From a virus (taxonomy: Duplodnaviria > Caudoviricetes), in the IMG/VR virus record IMGVR_UViG_3300020413_000039, positions 1 through 32,556 of that record: a DNA stretch of 32,556 nucleotides; one strand, given 5' to 3'. Each line of letters starts with the position of its first letter. Within the stretch, counting starts at the first letter, position 1. Positions 8,383-18,098 of this stretch are shown here, one piece after another. A program made the translations under genes and the position numbers. A model generated the notes under the pieces. The model saw nothing but the letters and a program-made list of their open reading frames with translations. It was not told where the DNA came from and ran no database searches.

Positions 8383-11300
8383 TTGTTTTCAAGAGTATTA
8401 ACTTTCGCAGTAAGTTCTTTCACTGCTTCAATTAAGACTGGAATTAATCTATCATAACGAACACCCAGTGTACCATCACCTCTCTTCTTGGAAACACCTG
8501 GTAATCCAAGTGCTTCGACCTCTTGAGCAATAATACCTGTGTCTAATCCACCTTCACCAAGTATACCAGCACCTGATTTCCAAGCAAAGGTATTACCAGA
8601 TAATGAATTAATCATGTCAAGTGCATTTTGGATTGGTGATATATTTTCTTTAAGAGTCATATCAGATGAACTAAATGCAATGATATCATCAGTTGCTTCT
8701 ACTTTACCAGTTACTTTTATTCCATCGTTAGTGGTTTCAAATTTCTTACTACTATTATAGTATATTTCTACATGATTATTTGTCGAATTAAAACATTTAA
8801 TAAAATTAGGATTACCACCACCAAAAGCTTCAAAAATCAAATTTCCAGCAGATTGAATTCGTAATTCACTACCAGAAACTTGACCTGAATTAATATGCCT
8901 TACATAGCTGTCTGTACCATCATGCGTAAGAAGTAGATCATTTCCAGTTCCCGCTGTAATGGCTTTATTATCCATTACATTTATATTAAGATTTGTACCA
9001 GTCAATTGACCTGTAGAATCATTGTAATTTAAATTGTCGGATGTAGCGGTTGTATTAGTTGCACTATTAAATAAGATTCTATTAGCAGTACCAACAACAT
9101 TTGTCGCTATATTTGATGAAGAAGAGTTTCCTGAAAAACTACCAGAGAAGGTTGTACAAGATAAAGTATTACTACTTGCATCGAATGTTAAAGTATTATC
9201 ATCTATTGCTGCAGTAATCATTGGATTACCTGAAGTTTCACTTGTAACAACAATTTTTTGTATACCTGATGCTGTTGATAATTGAGCACCAGTATTTGTT
9301 AAGTTAGCCCCATCTCCGTAGAAATTAACACCGTAAACATCTTGAAAACGTAAACTTGAAGTTCCTATATCAAAAGTATTATCAGCACTCGGTTTTATAT
9401 CTCCCCCTATTATATCTCCTCCTATATAAACGTCTTTAGCGATACCAACACCACCCTTAACAACCAAAGAACCTGTTGTGGTGCTTGACGAATTTAAATC
9501 ATTGTTGGCATTTAAAATACCTTGGACGCTAAGATTATCATTATATCTTACAGTACCATTAAATGTAACTGGACCATCAAACTGTGATAATATATTTTTA
9601 GAGGTACCACCTTCAACAAGGAGTCTTTCTTTAACAATAACTTCATCAGCAACTATGCTTAAGCGATTGGGATCCTCACCAGTGATAGTTGGTACAGGAA
9701 TATCAAACGTGGTTTGTTGTCCACTTGCTGATGATGTTTTAGTATTTCCAATATAGAAATCACCTTTATCATTCATACCAGTGTAAACAACGTTTCCACA
9801 AGATGTTTCTTGTGCCTGTGATAAGAACTCTTCTCTTTCACTTAATGTTCTATTCTGTAACTGTGGTAACGCAGTGGAGTAGTTACCTGGACCATAACCA
9901 ACATATTCAAATGTATGTCCCGAAGCTCTTAATATGGAGGGTCTTCTTAATTCAATTGGTAATGGTTTTATCTTTTTAAGATGTGAGTATCGCTTATGAG
10001 TATTATTTCGAGTACCTAAAACACCACGAATAACTTCGATTGCTTGTCCAGCACCTAAAGTACTCTTTGCAACTCGCATTACCTCATCATTTACCTGTAG
10101 ATAAGATCCAATAGGAAAACGAGATGTAATATTTTCACCAGTTGTATCACCATTAGGAAGCAAGATATTAATTGTTGTCTCCGACTTATCGATATCATCT
10201 GCCTCGTTTACAACAAGATAATCATGATCATAAACGGACATACCTCTTACACCAACATTTTCATCTCCTACACCTGATGCAGCGTTATGAGCAGATAATC
10301 CATGTTTTAAAATATAAACTGGACTTGTAACATCGCTTGGTGATGTTGCAGATATAGTTTCTTCTAATTGACCAGTTGTAGTGTTAACTGTGCTAGAAAG
10401 TGTATTGACAATAAAATCACCTAAATTTTCATTAGACGCATTAAGAAGTCTAAAACTGTTTCCAACCATTAAACTGGTTGCTGAGTTAGAAGTAATAGTT
10501 ACAATCCCTGCAACAGAGTCATATATTTTAGAACCACTTTTGATACTTGACCAAGCACCCATATCAACAACTTGTTGACCATTTAATATTAAGTCACTTG
10601 CTTCCTTGTTAATAGAAATTGCATCTTTAGAAGTAATAGTGTTTACAGTATGATAAGAATCTGTTCCAGTTGAAATACCAGTGATTTGTACATAGTTTCC
10701 TGTCGCAGATGTTATACCAGCACTTGAAGTAACAACAAATGCACTTGCATTTCCACCAATACCACCACTTACTTCATCTGAACTATCAAAATATAATTGC
10801 TCCCCATTTCCATATGCTGAACCACCAGCAGTCATTGTAGCAGCAATGGCAACACCATTTTGAACTGTAACATCTGCAGTAGCACCATCCCAGTTACTAT
10901 TAGTTGGAGAAGATGTATCATTCAATAATTTAACATTATGATGTGTTTTTTGACCTGATGCAGGAAGATGACCTGATCCACCAGTTAATGATGAAAGATA
11001 TTTTATTGACCCAAAACCATGTTCCTTATCAAATGTAAGTGTTGCAACAGTACCAGCACCATTTAATGATACGGATGAAATTGTATTGCTAACATCAAAT
11101 CCACTTAAGAAATTATTTGTAGTTTCTCTTGTAATACTTTTCTTTAAATCATTCGTTACAACAGAACCTATAGGGAAATTTTTGGCAAATGAATTTGCTT
11201 CAGGTGGATTATCGGTAACATTGTCACGATCATATTCTGGATATAAGTTAACAATATTCTGATTAAACTTATCCTCAGAGAACTCATTTGATGGGTCAAC

Positions 11301-14255
11301 CATCTTATTATTTGAGTTTAATACAAATAAGTGATAGATACCATCCTGTACATTTTCAATATATGGTGTTATAACTGTTGATCTATAAACAAAAAAGTTT
11401 TCTTGGTTATTATTTCTATCAACTCTAGGTAGTTGATTATCTCTTACATTAGTTGTATTAATGAAAGTTCCAAGTGTATGTGCTACACCCTCAACATCAA
11501 TGTTTGAATATCTGAATTCTTTACTATTATCCCTATCAGTTACAATAAATGTACCGTTAAATCCTTTATCATCTATTCCATTTTGATTTTGAGAACATTT
11601 GATGTTTCTAATAATAACTTGTTCACCAACATTTAAATTATGAGGTTTATCTGTTCTAATAACTGCTTTTGCAGGAGGACCACTCACAAGTACAGCATTT
11701 GATATGAATCTAGTATTACGTTCAAAATCAAAATTATTAGAAGTAATCTGTGTTTTTGTAAAGTCAGTATTTGAAGATACGTTTGTAGAACTTGAATCCT
11801 GTAGTACGAATCCATCACTCGGATCTTTACCATTTCTTAATTCTTTAGGAACAACATAACGTATTTTGTATGTCTTATCATCAAGACTACGATTATCCTC
11901 GTTTCTTAGAATGTAACTTATATCTGTATCAGCAGCATTTGCATATATTGATGAACCATTATGAATTGTATTTCCTGATGCTAATGTATGAATAAACCAA
12001 CTAGCTCCATCATATTGAATTGGATGTCCAGCATCGTTTGGTTTTTTATCTGATACTCTACTAATAATATTAAATTCACCTAGATTAGATACTGAATCAA
12101 TAAACACACCATTTTGTGCGTTAGTGAATGAAGATGCTAATTTAATTTCATCTGCTGCTAACTCTGATGCAACTGTAGTTGTAATTGCATAGTAAACTCT
12201 ATGTGGATCAATATTTTCTGGTAGATTTCCTGAGTCAGATATAAGTCTTACAGTTTCTCCAGTTTCTAAATTATGATTTTGTCTAAGTTTGTAGAAAGAT
12301 TTTTTTGAAGAGGTGGGAGAACTGTGAATACCTTTATATTTTTTCTCCGATGTATCTGTCGAACTAGATGTAGCTCCAGATGCACCATTTGCCATAACAA
12401 TGGTTGCTTCAAAAGTTGAAGCACCCTTATCAATGTATAATTTTTCATTTACCTTCGCACCGATACGATATCCTTGAGCAAAATGTGATGGTGGTAAAGT
12501 TTCATCAGCATATCCAAGCAAGTGAGCTTTAGTTGATGTTGTTTCAGAGACATCAAGTTGAAGATATTCAATATTTTGATTTTCAGTTGTAACTGAACGT
12601 GGAGTGATAATTGATGTGGCAAATCCTTTATCATCCTTTGCAAATGCTTGTTTCTTAAATCCTTCAGCAGCAAGAGCAAATGTACCAAAGTTAGAGTTAG
12701 AGTTTGTTACGGATGCGTCAGCACCATTAATCATATTAAAATGACTATGGAAACCAATCGCAAAAACAGATACTATCTGGACAACAGAATCATTAGATAC
12801 TTTGATATGAGTTGTGCGGAAACCTTTTCTATAGTTTGCTTCTTGATCTAAATGATATACTGTGTTTGGATTTGTTGATGATGATTCAGATGAAAGTAAT
12901 TCACCAGATTGTTTTGAGAATACAATTCCATTGTATCTGCGATTTGTCTTATCATATTTTACGAATGCTCTATCATCTTTTTGTAGGGATACAGCAGTAA
13001 ACTGTGCCACAACCATTGATTTAAATCCCGTTGCCTTCTTACCATCAGCATGCATACCTTGCATACCATATACTGAACGCATTGATATGTTAAAGATATA
13101 TGGAGATGCACCTGATACTGTATCAGTCTCAACTAATACCTGTGCGTTTGCAGAACTTAATCCACCTATTTCACCAGCAGGTAAATTACCTCTAACGAAT
13201 GGTAAAAGATAAGTAAATTTATTTTCGTTTACTACGGTTGAAACCTTTGTTGATATATTATAATCAGCAACATTAACTCCTCTAACTTTAATAGGAGTGC
13301 CACCTGTTAAATTATGAGGTAAAGCAGTTGTTACAGTAACAACCTGACCTGGTGTTGCTCCATCACCTGATTCAATAGTTGTAACATTAAGAGGATCTGT
13401 TGCAAATGCACCAACAATCTCAAATTCAGGTCTTTGTGGTGCAAAACCTTTTGGTGCAGAAGGATATTTTTGAGTAATCTCTCTATTAGCAGATGCCTTA
13501 TTGTAAGCATTTGATAGTTTACTATAGTAAATATCTAAATCTGTAAGATCACTAAATTGAGATAATTTAGTAATACCATCTGCATATTCAAAACAAGTTA
13601 ACTTATGATGTGAGAAGGTTGGTATTGATTTATTTGATGTGTTAAAATTAACAGGGTCTGTATATACTGTTTCTAATTCATTTCCATCAAAAATTGTAAA
13701 CTGCCAGAAGTAACAAGCACCTGTTATACGAAATATTGCACTTTGCTTAACATTAGTGTCTGTTGGGTTTGGAACATATTTTGGTCTTATTTTTGTTTTT
13801 CTTAAATCCAATCCAACAATCGATGTACCTCTAGGTACAACAACACCACCATTTACACTATTAAACTTGTAAAGTATATTATCTTCTTGTGTTAAATCAA
13901 AATTAGAATCTAATGTAAGTGATAAAGTATTGATTGCTCCTGTTACATCACCACCTGGACTTACTGCTTTTGCCTGTCCTGACTCTGATTTAATACCAAA
14001 ACCTGGTCTATTATCTATTAGATGTTCGCCAGGAAATAAAAGTATAGTTGTTCTCTCTATGAAGTCATTATCATTTCCTTTTAAGTATGAGAATCTAGCA
14101 GCTTCAACTAAAGCTCTCTGTATCGTTTTGAAAGGTTTGGTTAAGGAGTTTCCTTGATTTTCAATTCCATCGGTTGAATCAAGATCATTTGGATTCACAT
14201 AAAGTATACGTCCTTCTGCGTTCTTTATGAAATTCTCTAACTTATTAAGAGGCAT
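8379..14255 (-). CDS. Large tail fibre/tailspike-like structural protein with C-terminal intramolecular chaperone (peptidase S74)
   Basis: N-terminal ILYVNP...GNSLTKPFKTIQRAL followed by a beta-helix-like region. C-terminal SSDMTLKENI...GIIAQEVE...VRYDRLIPVLIEAVKEL coiled coil is the S74 signature. Confidence 0.85.
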   Translation of the reverse strand: MPLNKLENFIKNAEGRILYVNPNDLDSTDGIENQGNSLTKPFKTIQRALVEAARFSYLKGNDNDFIERTTILLFPGEHLIDNRPGFGIKSESGQAKAVSPGGDVTGAINTLSLTLDSNFDLTQEDNILYKFNSVNGGVVVPRGTSIVGLDLRKTKIRPKYVPNPTDTNVKQSAIFRITGACYFWQFTIFDGNELETVYTDPVNFNTSNKSIPTFSHHKLTCFEYADGITKLSQFSDLTDLDIYYSKLSNAYNKASANREITQKYPSAPKGFAPQRPEFEIVGAFATDPLNVTTIESGDGATPGQVVTVTTALPHNLTGGTPIKVRGVNVADYNISTKVSTVVNENKFTYLLPFVRGNLPAGEIGGLSSANAQVLVETDTVSGASPYIFNISMRSVYGMQGMHADGKKATGFKSMVVAQFTAVSLQKDDRAFVKYDKTNRRYNGIVFSKQSGELLSSESSSTNPNTVYHLDQEANYRKGFRTTHIKVSNDSVVQIVSVFAIGFHSHFNMINGADASVTNSNSNFGTFALAAEGFKKQAFAKDDKGFATSIITPRSVTTENQNIEYLQLDVSETTSTKAHLLGYADETLPPSHFAQGYRIGAKVNEKLYIDKGASTFEATIVMANGASGATSSSTDTSEKKYKGIHSSPTSSKKSFYKLRQNHNLETGETVRLISDSGNLPENIDPHRVYYAITTTVASELAADEIKLASSFTNAQNGVFIDSVSNLGEFNIISRVSDKKPNDAGHPIQYDGASWFIHTLASGNTIHNGSSIYANAADTDISYILRNEDNRSLDDKTYKIRYVVPKELRNGKDPSDGFVLQDSSSTNVSSNTDFTKTQITSNNFDFERNTRFISNAVLVSGPPAKAVIRTDKPHNLNVGEQVIIRNIKCSQNQNGIDDKGFNGTFIVTDRDNSKEFRYSNIDVEGVAHTLGTFINTTNVRDNQLPRVDRNNNQENFFVYRSTVITPYIENVQDGIYHLFVLNSNNKMVDPSNEFSEDKFNQNIVNLYPEYDRDNVTDNPPEANSFAKNFPIGSVVTNDLKKSITRETTNNFLSGFDVSNTISSVSLNGAGTVATLTFDKEHGFGSIKYLSSLTGGSGHLPASGQKTHHNVKLLNDTSSPTNSNWDGATADVTVQNGVAIAATMTAGGSAYGNGEQLYFDSSDEVSGGIGGNASAFVVTSSAGITSATGNYVQITGISTGTDSYHTVNTITSKDAISINKEASDLILNGQQVVDMGAWSSIKSGSKIYDSVAGIVTITSNSATSLMVGNSFRLLNASNENLGDFIVNTLSSTVNTTTGQLEETISATSPSDVTSPVYILKHGLSAHNAASGVGDENVGVRGMSVYDHDYLVVNEADDIDKSETTINILLPNGDTTGENITSRFPIGSYLQVNDEVMRVAKSTLGAGQAIEVIRGVLGTRNNTHKRYSHLKKIKPLPIELRRPSILRASGHTFEYVGYGPGNYSTALPQLQNRTLSEREEFLSQAQETSCGNVVYTGMNDKGDFYIGNTKTSSASGQQTTFDIPVPTITGEDPNRLSIVADEVIVKERLLVEGGTSKNILSQFDGPVTFNGTVRYNDNLSVQGILNANNDLNSSSTTTGSLVVKGGVGIAKDVYIGGDIIGGDIKPSADNTFDIGTSSLRFQDVYGVNFYGDGANLTNTGAQLSTASGIQKIVVTSETSGNPMITAAIDDNTLTFDASSNTLSCTTFSGSFSGNSSSSNIATNVVGTANRILFNSATNTTATSDNLNYNDSTGQLTGTNLNINVMDNKAITAGTGNDLLLTHDGTDSYVRHINSGQVSGSELRIQSAGNLIFEAFGGGNPNFIKCFNSTNNHVEIYYNSSKKFETTNDGIKVTGKVEATDDIIAFSSSDMTLKENISPIQNALDMINSLSGNTFAWKSGAGILGEGGLDTGIIAQEVEALGLPGVSKKRGDGTLGVRYDRLIPVLIEAVKELTAKVNTLENK

Positions 14256-14305
14256 CTTTTTTATCTACTATAAAATTTGATGGCGAGACCATACAATACT
14301 AGGTC

Positions 14306-14312
14306 TATTTAG
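14306..14312 (-). promoter_or_regulatory. T4-type late promoter
   Basis: CTAAATA on the minus strand in the intergenic gap, 50 nt upstream of ATG 14255. Confidence 0.6.
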
Positions 14313-14336
14313 CTTCACAGTCGTCCCATTAAATGA

Positions 14337-14528
14337 TTATTTATCTTCTTGAGTGACCAATTCCTTGTATATTATTGCATTTGGTGGAAGCAATTCATCA
14401 CATACTCGTAACACTCTCATAAACTCATCAGTTGTATCACATTTTATTTCTCTAGTATCTGACTCACTAATTAAATAAAAACTTCGAGAGCATAAGTCTA
14501 CTATGACATTGAGAACAAAATCTTCCAT
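14337..14528 (-). CDS. Small acidic hypothetical protein
   Basis: 63-aa ORF filling the gap on the coding strand, with its own consensus promoter. It resembles a small conserved cyanophage ORF (from recall). Confidence 0.7.
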   Translation of the reverse strand: MEDFVLNVIVDLCSRSFYLISESDTREIKCDTTDEFMRVLRVCDELLPPNAIIYKELVTQEDK

Positions 14529-14547
14529 ACTTAACTTAGGATGTTCT

Positions 14548-14575
14548 ATTATATCATATGTATGAAAATTGTCAA
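14548..14575 (-). promoter_or_regulatory. Consensus sigma70 promoter inside the late module
   Basis: Minus strand TTGACA-ATTTTCATACATATGA-TATAAT (16-bp spacer, extended TG), 19 nt upstream of ATG 14528. Confidence 0.8.
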
Positions 14576-14576
14576 A

Positions 14577-15044
14577 TTAAGAATAAGGACTCGCTCCAAG
14601 TATACTTGTATCCCATTGTGCTTTTAATTCTGTCGCATTTGCAGCAGTAGTAATACCAGCAGCAGCGGGTGCATCTCTTAGTGCTTGTTTATTTGCCACA
14701 ATTGTGGTTATACCTGCACTTGTTTCTTGTGCTATTTGAAATTGAATATCAAGTTCAGCAAGTTTTGGTTCTCTTGCTGCCCTTATGAAAGATTTATGAA
14801 TTTCTTTGGCTTTCGCCATATCAATATCAATTCCACTTATTTCACCAGAGGTATATGTCCAAGCGTCCCTAAAACTGATATCAGTAGGAATTACTGATTT
14901 GTCTACTACGTATGATGTTTTTCCTGATGGTACATCTTTTGCCCGTATTTGTTCGAGAGTTAAACCACAATTGTCTGTTGGAAACATAATAGCGATGCGA
15001 CCATCATCAGATTCAAAAATAATTCTTTTATCAGAATTTGCCAT
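14577..15044 (-). CDS. Putative tail fibre assembly/chaperone-like protein
   Basis: Immediately follows the collagen fibre. Motifs KDVPSG...IPTDISFRDAW and IRAAREPKLAELD...KQALRDAP resemble fibre-assembly proteins. Confidence 0.55.
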   Translation of the reverse strand: MANSDKRIIFESDDGRIAIMFPTDNCGLTLEQIRAKDVPSGKTSYVVDKSVIPTDISFRDAWTYTSGEISGIDIDMAKAKEIHKSFIRAAREPKLAELDIQFQIAQETSAGITTIVANKQALRDAPAAAGITTAANATELKAQWDTSILGASPYS

Positions 15045-15057
15045 TTTTTTTATTGAT

Positions 15058-15064
15058 TATTTAT
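15058..15064 (-). promoter_or_regulatory. T4-type late promoter
   Basis: ATAAATA on the minus strand at the end of the upstream gene, 13 nt before ATG 15044. The AT-rich context lowers specificity. Confidence 0.45.
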
Positions 15065-18000
15065 TAGGAAAAGACGATCACACTACAATAAGGTTGTTCT
15101 GCTTTCTGACTAGAGTTTTCAGTTTTGTAGCATATAAATCTTACATGGTTTCTATCACCACTATGGATAAAGGGATGAGTGTGTGCATATTGACCTGATA
15201 CATTATACACTGTTCCTGTAATCGCAAAAGAAACTGCTTGATAATCTGTTACATTACCAGCACTATCCGTAAGTTGATTTGTATAATTAACTTGATAATC
15301 TCCAGTACCATGATAAGTATATGAACTTACATTATGATTACTATAGTTGGTCATAGTTCCATTGCTCGCTCCAGCAAAGTGAGCCCAAACTTTTGCTACA
15401 GATCTATTAATAATATTACCCCTAACACTTAAATCGCCACCAGTTTGAGGGTAATCATATATGTCTAATCTATTATTAGCTCCATTTTGTTGAATTCTTA
15501 TATCAAAATCGTCAGTTGCAGAATTTTTAAAATCAATAAATGCATCACCAGTATATCTTGTAATTTCTATACAACCATCAGAAGCAACCAACTCAACTTT
15601 ACCAGTAGAGTGACTCGCTAGAAGAGTGCCTCCATCCCAAGTTAAGTTTGATTCACCCTGTAAAGTATTTGCAGTTCCAGTCGCAGTTATAACGTGGTTA
15701 TCAACATTACTGTTTATTGTTACACTTCCGCTGTTTACAGTTTCCCAAGAAACAGAACTACCTTTACCATTACTTGTTAAAACTTGACCTGTAGATCCAT
15801 ATTTTTGTGCATCAGTTCTAGTATTGGCCACATCTCCATTTCCAATATAAGCACCAGCTAATATTCCAATTTCTCCTGCCTTTCCAATACGCAATCTTTC
15901 TACTACTCTTCCTTGTGTATTGCTTGGATTGGAAGCACTATAATAACCATTTCCACCTGTTTGGAAAGTAATTGCAGAATAATCATCACTACTTGGACTT
16001 ATTGCTCCACCACTAGTATATCCATTGGCATAATCCATTTGGATACGAGCATCAAAATCAACCTGATCTCCATTACCAGAAGCCAATTGTGATGTAAAAT
16101 CAACATATGGACCACCAACGGGACTTACATTTCTACGCCTCATTAATTCTAATCCACCGTCCGCACGTACAACTGTTCTATTATAAGGAATACCATAAGT
16201 ATCAGTCTTTGTCTGAGCCATAATATTTCCATCGCCATAAGTGCTGTTATCACTTGAAGATGGTTTAAGTATTAACTGAGGTTGAGTCGTTGATTTATGA
16301 AATTCTAGTCCATCTGCACCAGCAAGAGTGCTACCACCATCATTAAACTGAACTTGCTTATCACTTCCAGCAACTCCTCCACCACTGCCCGATTCACCTT
16401 TTTGTCCTTCTTCCCCTTTATCACCTTTCGTGGATGATCCTGGTTCACCTTTTGTAGCTTGCCCTGGTTCTCCTTTATCAGACGTTCCTTCTTCACCTTT
16501 TTGTCCCTTGTCACCCTTGGTTGAATTGTCAACACCATCTTGTCCCTTTTCACCTTTATCACCTTTTGTGGATGATCCTGGTTCTCCCTTCACTGCTGCT
16601 CCCGCTTCTCCTTTGTCGCCAGTTCCCTTTTCACCTTTATCACCTTTATCACCTTTATCACCTTCACCTAGTTCACCTTTTGAACCCTTCTCTCCAATTT
16701 CTCCTTTTTGTCCTTCCACGGTTGAATCTGCACCTTTATCCCCCTTATCTCCTTTCTCACCTTGATCACCCTTTAAACCCAAATCTCCATCATTACCTTT
16801 CTCACCCACCTCACCTTTATCACCTTTCTCACCCACCTCACCTTTATCTCCTTGTACACCTAAATCTCCATCATTACCTTTATCACCTTTATCCCCCTTA
16901 TCTCCCTTAATACCTTTTTCTCCAACTTCGCCTTTCTCACCTTTTAGTCCTTCAATACCTTTTTCCCCAATTTCACCTTTATCTCCTTTAATTCCCTTCT
17001 CTCCCTTATCACCAGTTCTTGAGAAATTTAATACACATAGTTCTTGGTTTGAGGGAATGTTACCAAATCCATTTTGAACTCCTATGGTCACATAACCAGT
17101 AGAATTTGTAGCAGAAGTAATTTCAAATATTGCAAGAGTATTATCTGAGTTATCATTTGAAGTAACATACAGATAACCAGCTACAGCACTATTTGAATCA
17201 TCCCATGCCAACAGTTGATCTAATACATTGACAGAATTAATTTCTAAGACATCAATATATAATTGATTTACATTACTCACACTTGTATTGTTAAATCGAA
17301 ATATTCCTTGTCCAGGATCTCCATTTATAATAACAGTTGAAAATCTATATCTTAATCCTGCCTTTGCTCCTTGATCACCTACAATACCTTTTTCACCCTC
17401 ATTACCCTTATCTCCTTCAACTCCTTTCTCTCCAAATCCTTTTTCCCCAACTTCACCTTTATCACCCTTATCACCTTTTTCTCCTTTATCACCTTTTTCT
17501 CCTACCTCACCTTTCTGCCCTTCAATACCTTTTTCACCTTTATTACCCTGTGCTTCAACATCACCTTTTTCTCCCTTATCACCCTCAGGTCCTTGTCCAC
17601 CAGCATTTGCCATGACCCATTGTGAAGAATCAGCATCATCATAGCGTACAAATAAATCACCTGTATCACTTTCCCACCACAATTCTCCATTATTTGGATT
17701 AGTTGGAGGTTCATTACCAACTGTAACAGGTATCACAGTTACAGTCGCAGCAATACCAGGATGACCTGAAGGACTTTGTGCAGATACATTTGCAGTTACT
17801 GCTGCACCTACAAAATTCAATTGAGTGATACTACTTGCAACACTAACTTGTACCCCTTCGTCAAATATAGTGATTGCACCAGGTATCAGTCCACCACCTA
17901 CAGGAACCCAAAATCTTTGACCTGGATATCCTGGTATAGCGATCAATTGATATTGACCGCCTGGAGGAGGAGATGGTCCTGCAAGAGGATCAGATAAATT

Positions 18001-18096
18001 TGGTTCTGCTTGTTCTAGATTAAGATAACTATACCGATCATCTTTAAGTTGATCTTGAGGTGTTCTCTTAACTCTACCGCTTAAATATTTTACCAT
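15064..18096 (-). CDS. Collagen-like tail fibre protein
   Basis: Two long Gly-X-Y tracts (GEK/GDK-dominated), GELWWESDTGDLFVRYDD module, QVQFNDGG motif and a C-terminal AKVWAHF...NVSS...GTGDYQVNYT tip domain. Confidence 0.88.
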   Translation of the reverse strand: MVKYLSGRVKRTPQDQLKDDRYSYLNLEQAEPNLSDPLAGPSPPPGGQYQLIAIPGYPGQRFWVPVGGGLIPGAITIFDEGVQVSVASSITQLNFVGAAVTANVSAQSPSGHPGIAATVTVIPVTVGNEPPTNPNNGELWWESDTGDLFVRYDDADSSQWVMANAGGQGPEGDKGEKGDVEAQGNKGEKGIEGQKGEVGEKGDKGEKGDKGDKGEVGEKGFGEKGVEGDKGNEGEKGIVGDQGAKAGLRYRFSTVIINGDPGQGIFRFNNTSVSNVNQLYIDVLEINSVNVLDQLLAWDDSNSAVAGYLYVTSNDNSDNTLAIFEITSATNSTGYVTIGVQNGFGNIPSNQELCVLNFSRTGDKGEKGIKGDKGEIGEKGIEGLKGEKGEVGEKGIKGDKGDKGDKGNDGDLGVQGDKGEVGEKGDKGEVGEKGNDGDLGLKGDQGEKGDKGDKGADSTVEGQKGEIGEKGSKGELGEGDKGDKGDKGEKGTGDKGEAGAAVKGEPGSSTKGDKGEKGQDGVDNSTKGDKGQKGEEGTSDKGEPGQATKGEPGSSTKGDKGEEGQKGESGSGGGVAGSDKQVQFNDGGSTLAGADGLEFHKSTTQPQLILKPSSSDNSTYGDGNIMAQTKTDTYGIPYNRTVVRADGGLELMRRRNVSPVGGPYVDFTSQLASGNGDQVDFDARIQMDYANGYTSGGAISPSSDDYSAITFQTGGNGYYSASNPSNTQGRVVERLRIGKAGEIGILAGAYIGNGDVANTRTDAQKYGSTGQVLTSNGKGSSVSWETVNSGSVTINSNVDNHVITATGTANTLQGESNLTWDGGTLLASHSTGKVELVASDGCIEITRYTGDAFIDFKNSATDDFDIRIQQNGANNRLDIYDYPQTGGDLSVRGNIINRSVAKVWAHFAGASNGTMTNYSNHNVSSYTYHGTGDYQVNYTNQLTDSAGNVTDYQAVSFAITGTVYNVSGQYAHTHPFIHSGDRNHVRFICYKTENSSQKAEQPYCSVIVFS
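16385..17600 (-). repeat. Collagen (Gly-X-Y)n coding repeats, two tracts (about 17358-17600 and 16385-17013)
   Basis: 9-nt periodic TCACCTTT(A/C/T)-like units on the plus strand; KGEPGSSTKGDKG occurs twice. Boundaries are approximate. Confidence 0.9.
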
Positions 18097-18098
18097 AA

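Noticed and set aside
14286-14306. AGACC...GGTCT hairpin as a terminator or translational repressor
   Set aside because: Only a 5-bp stem, no adjacent U-tract on the coding strand, and it does not cover the start codon region.
16305-17720. Periodic repeats and several overlapping His/Leu/Pro-rich ORFs, considered as a CRISPR array or extra genes
   Set aside because: The 9-nt periodicity is fully explained by collagen codons. There is no constant repeat with unique spacers, and the alternate frames are by-products.
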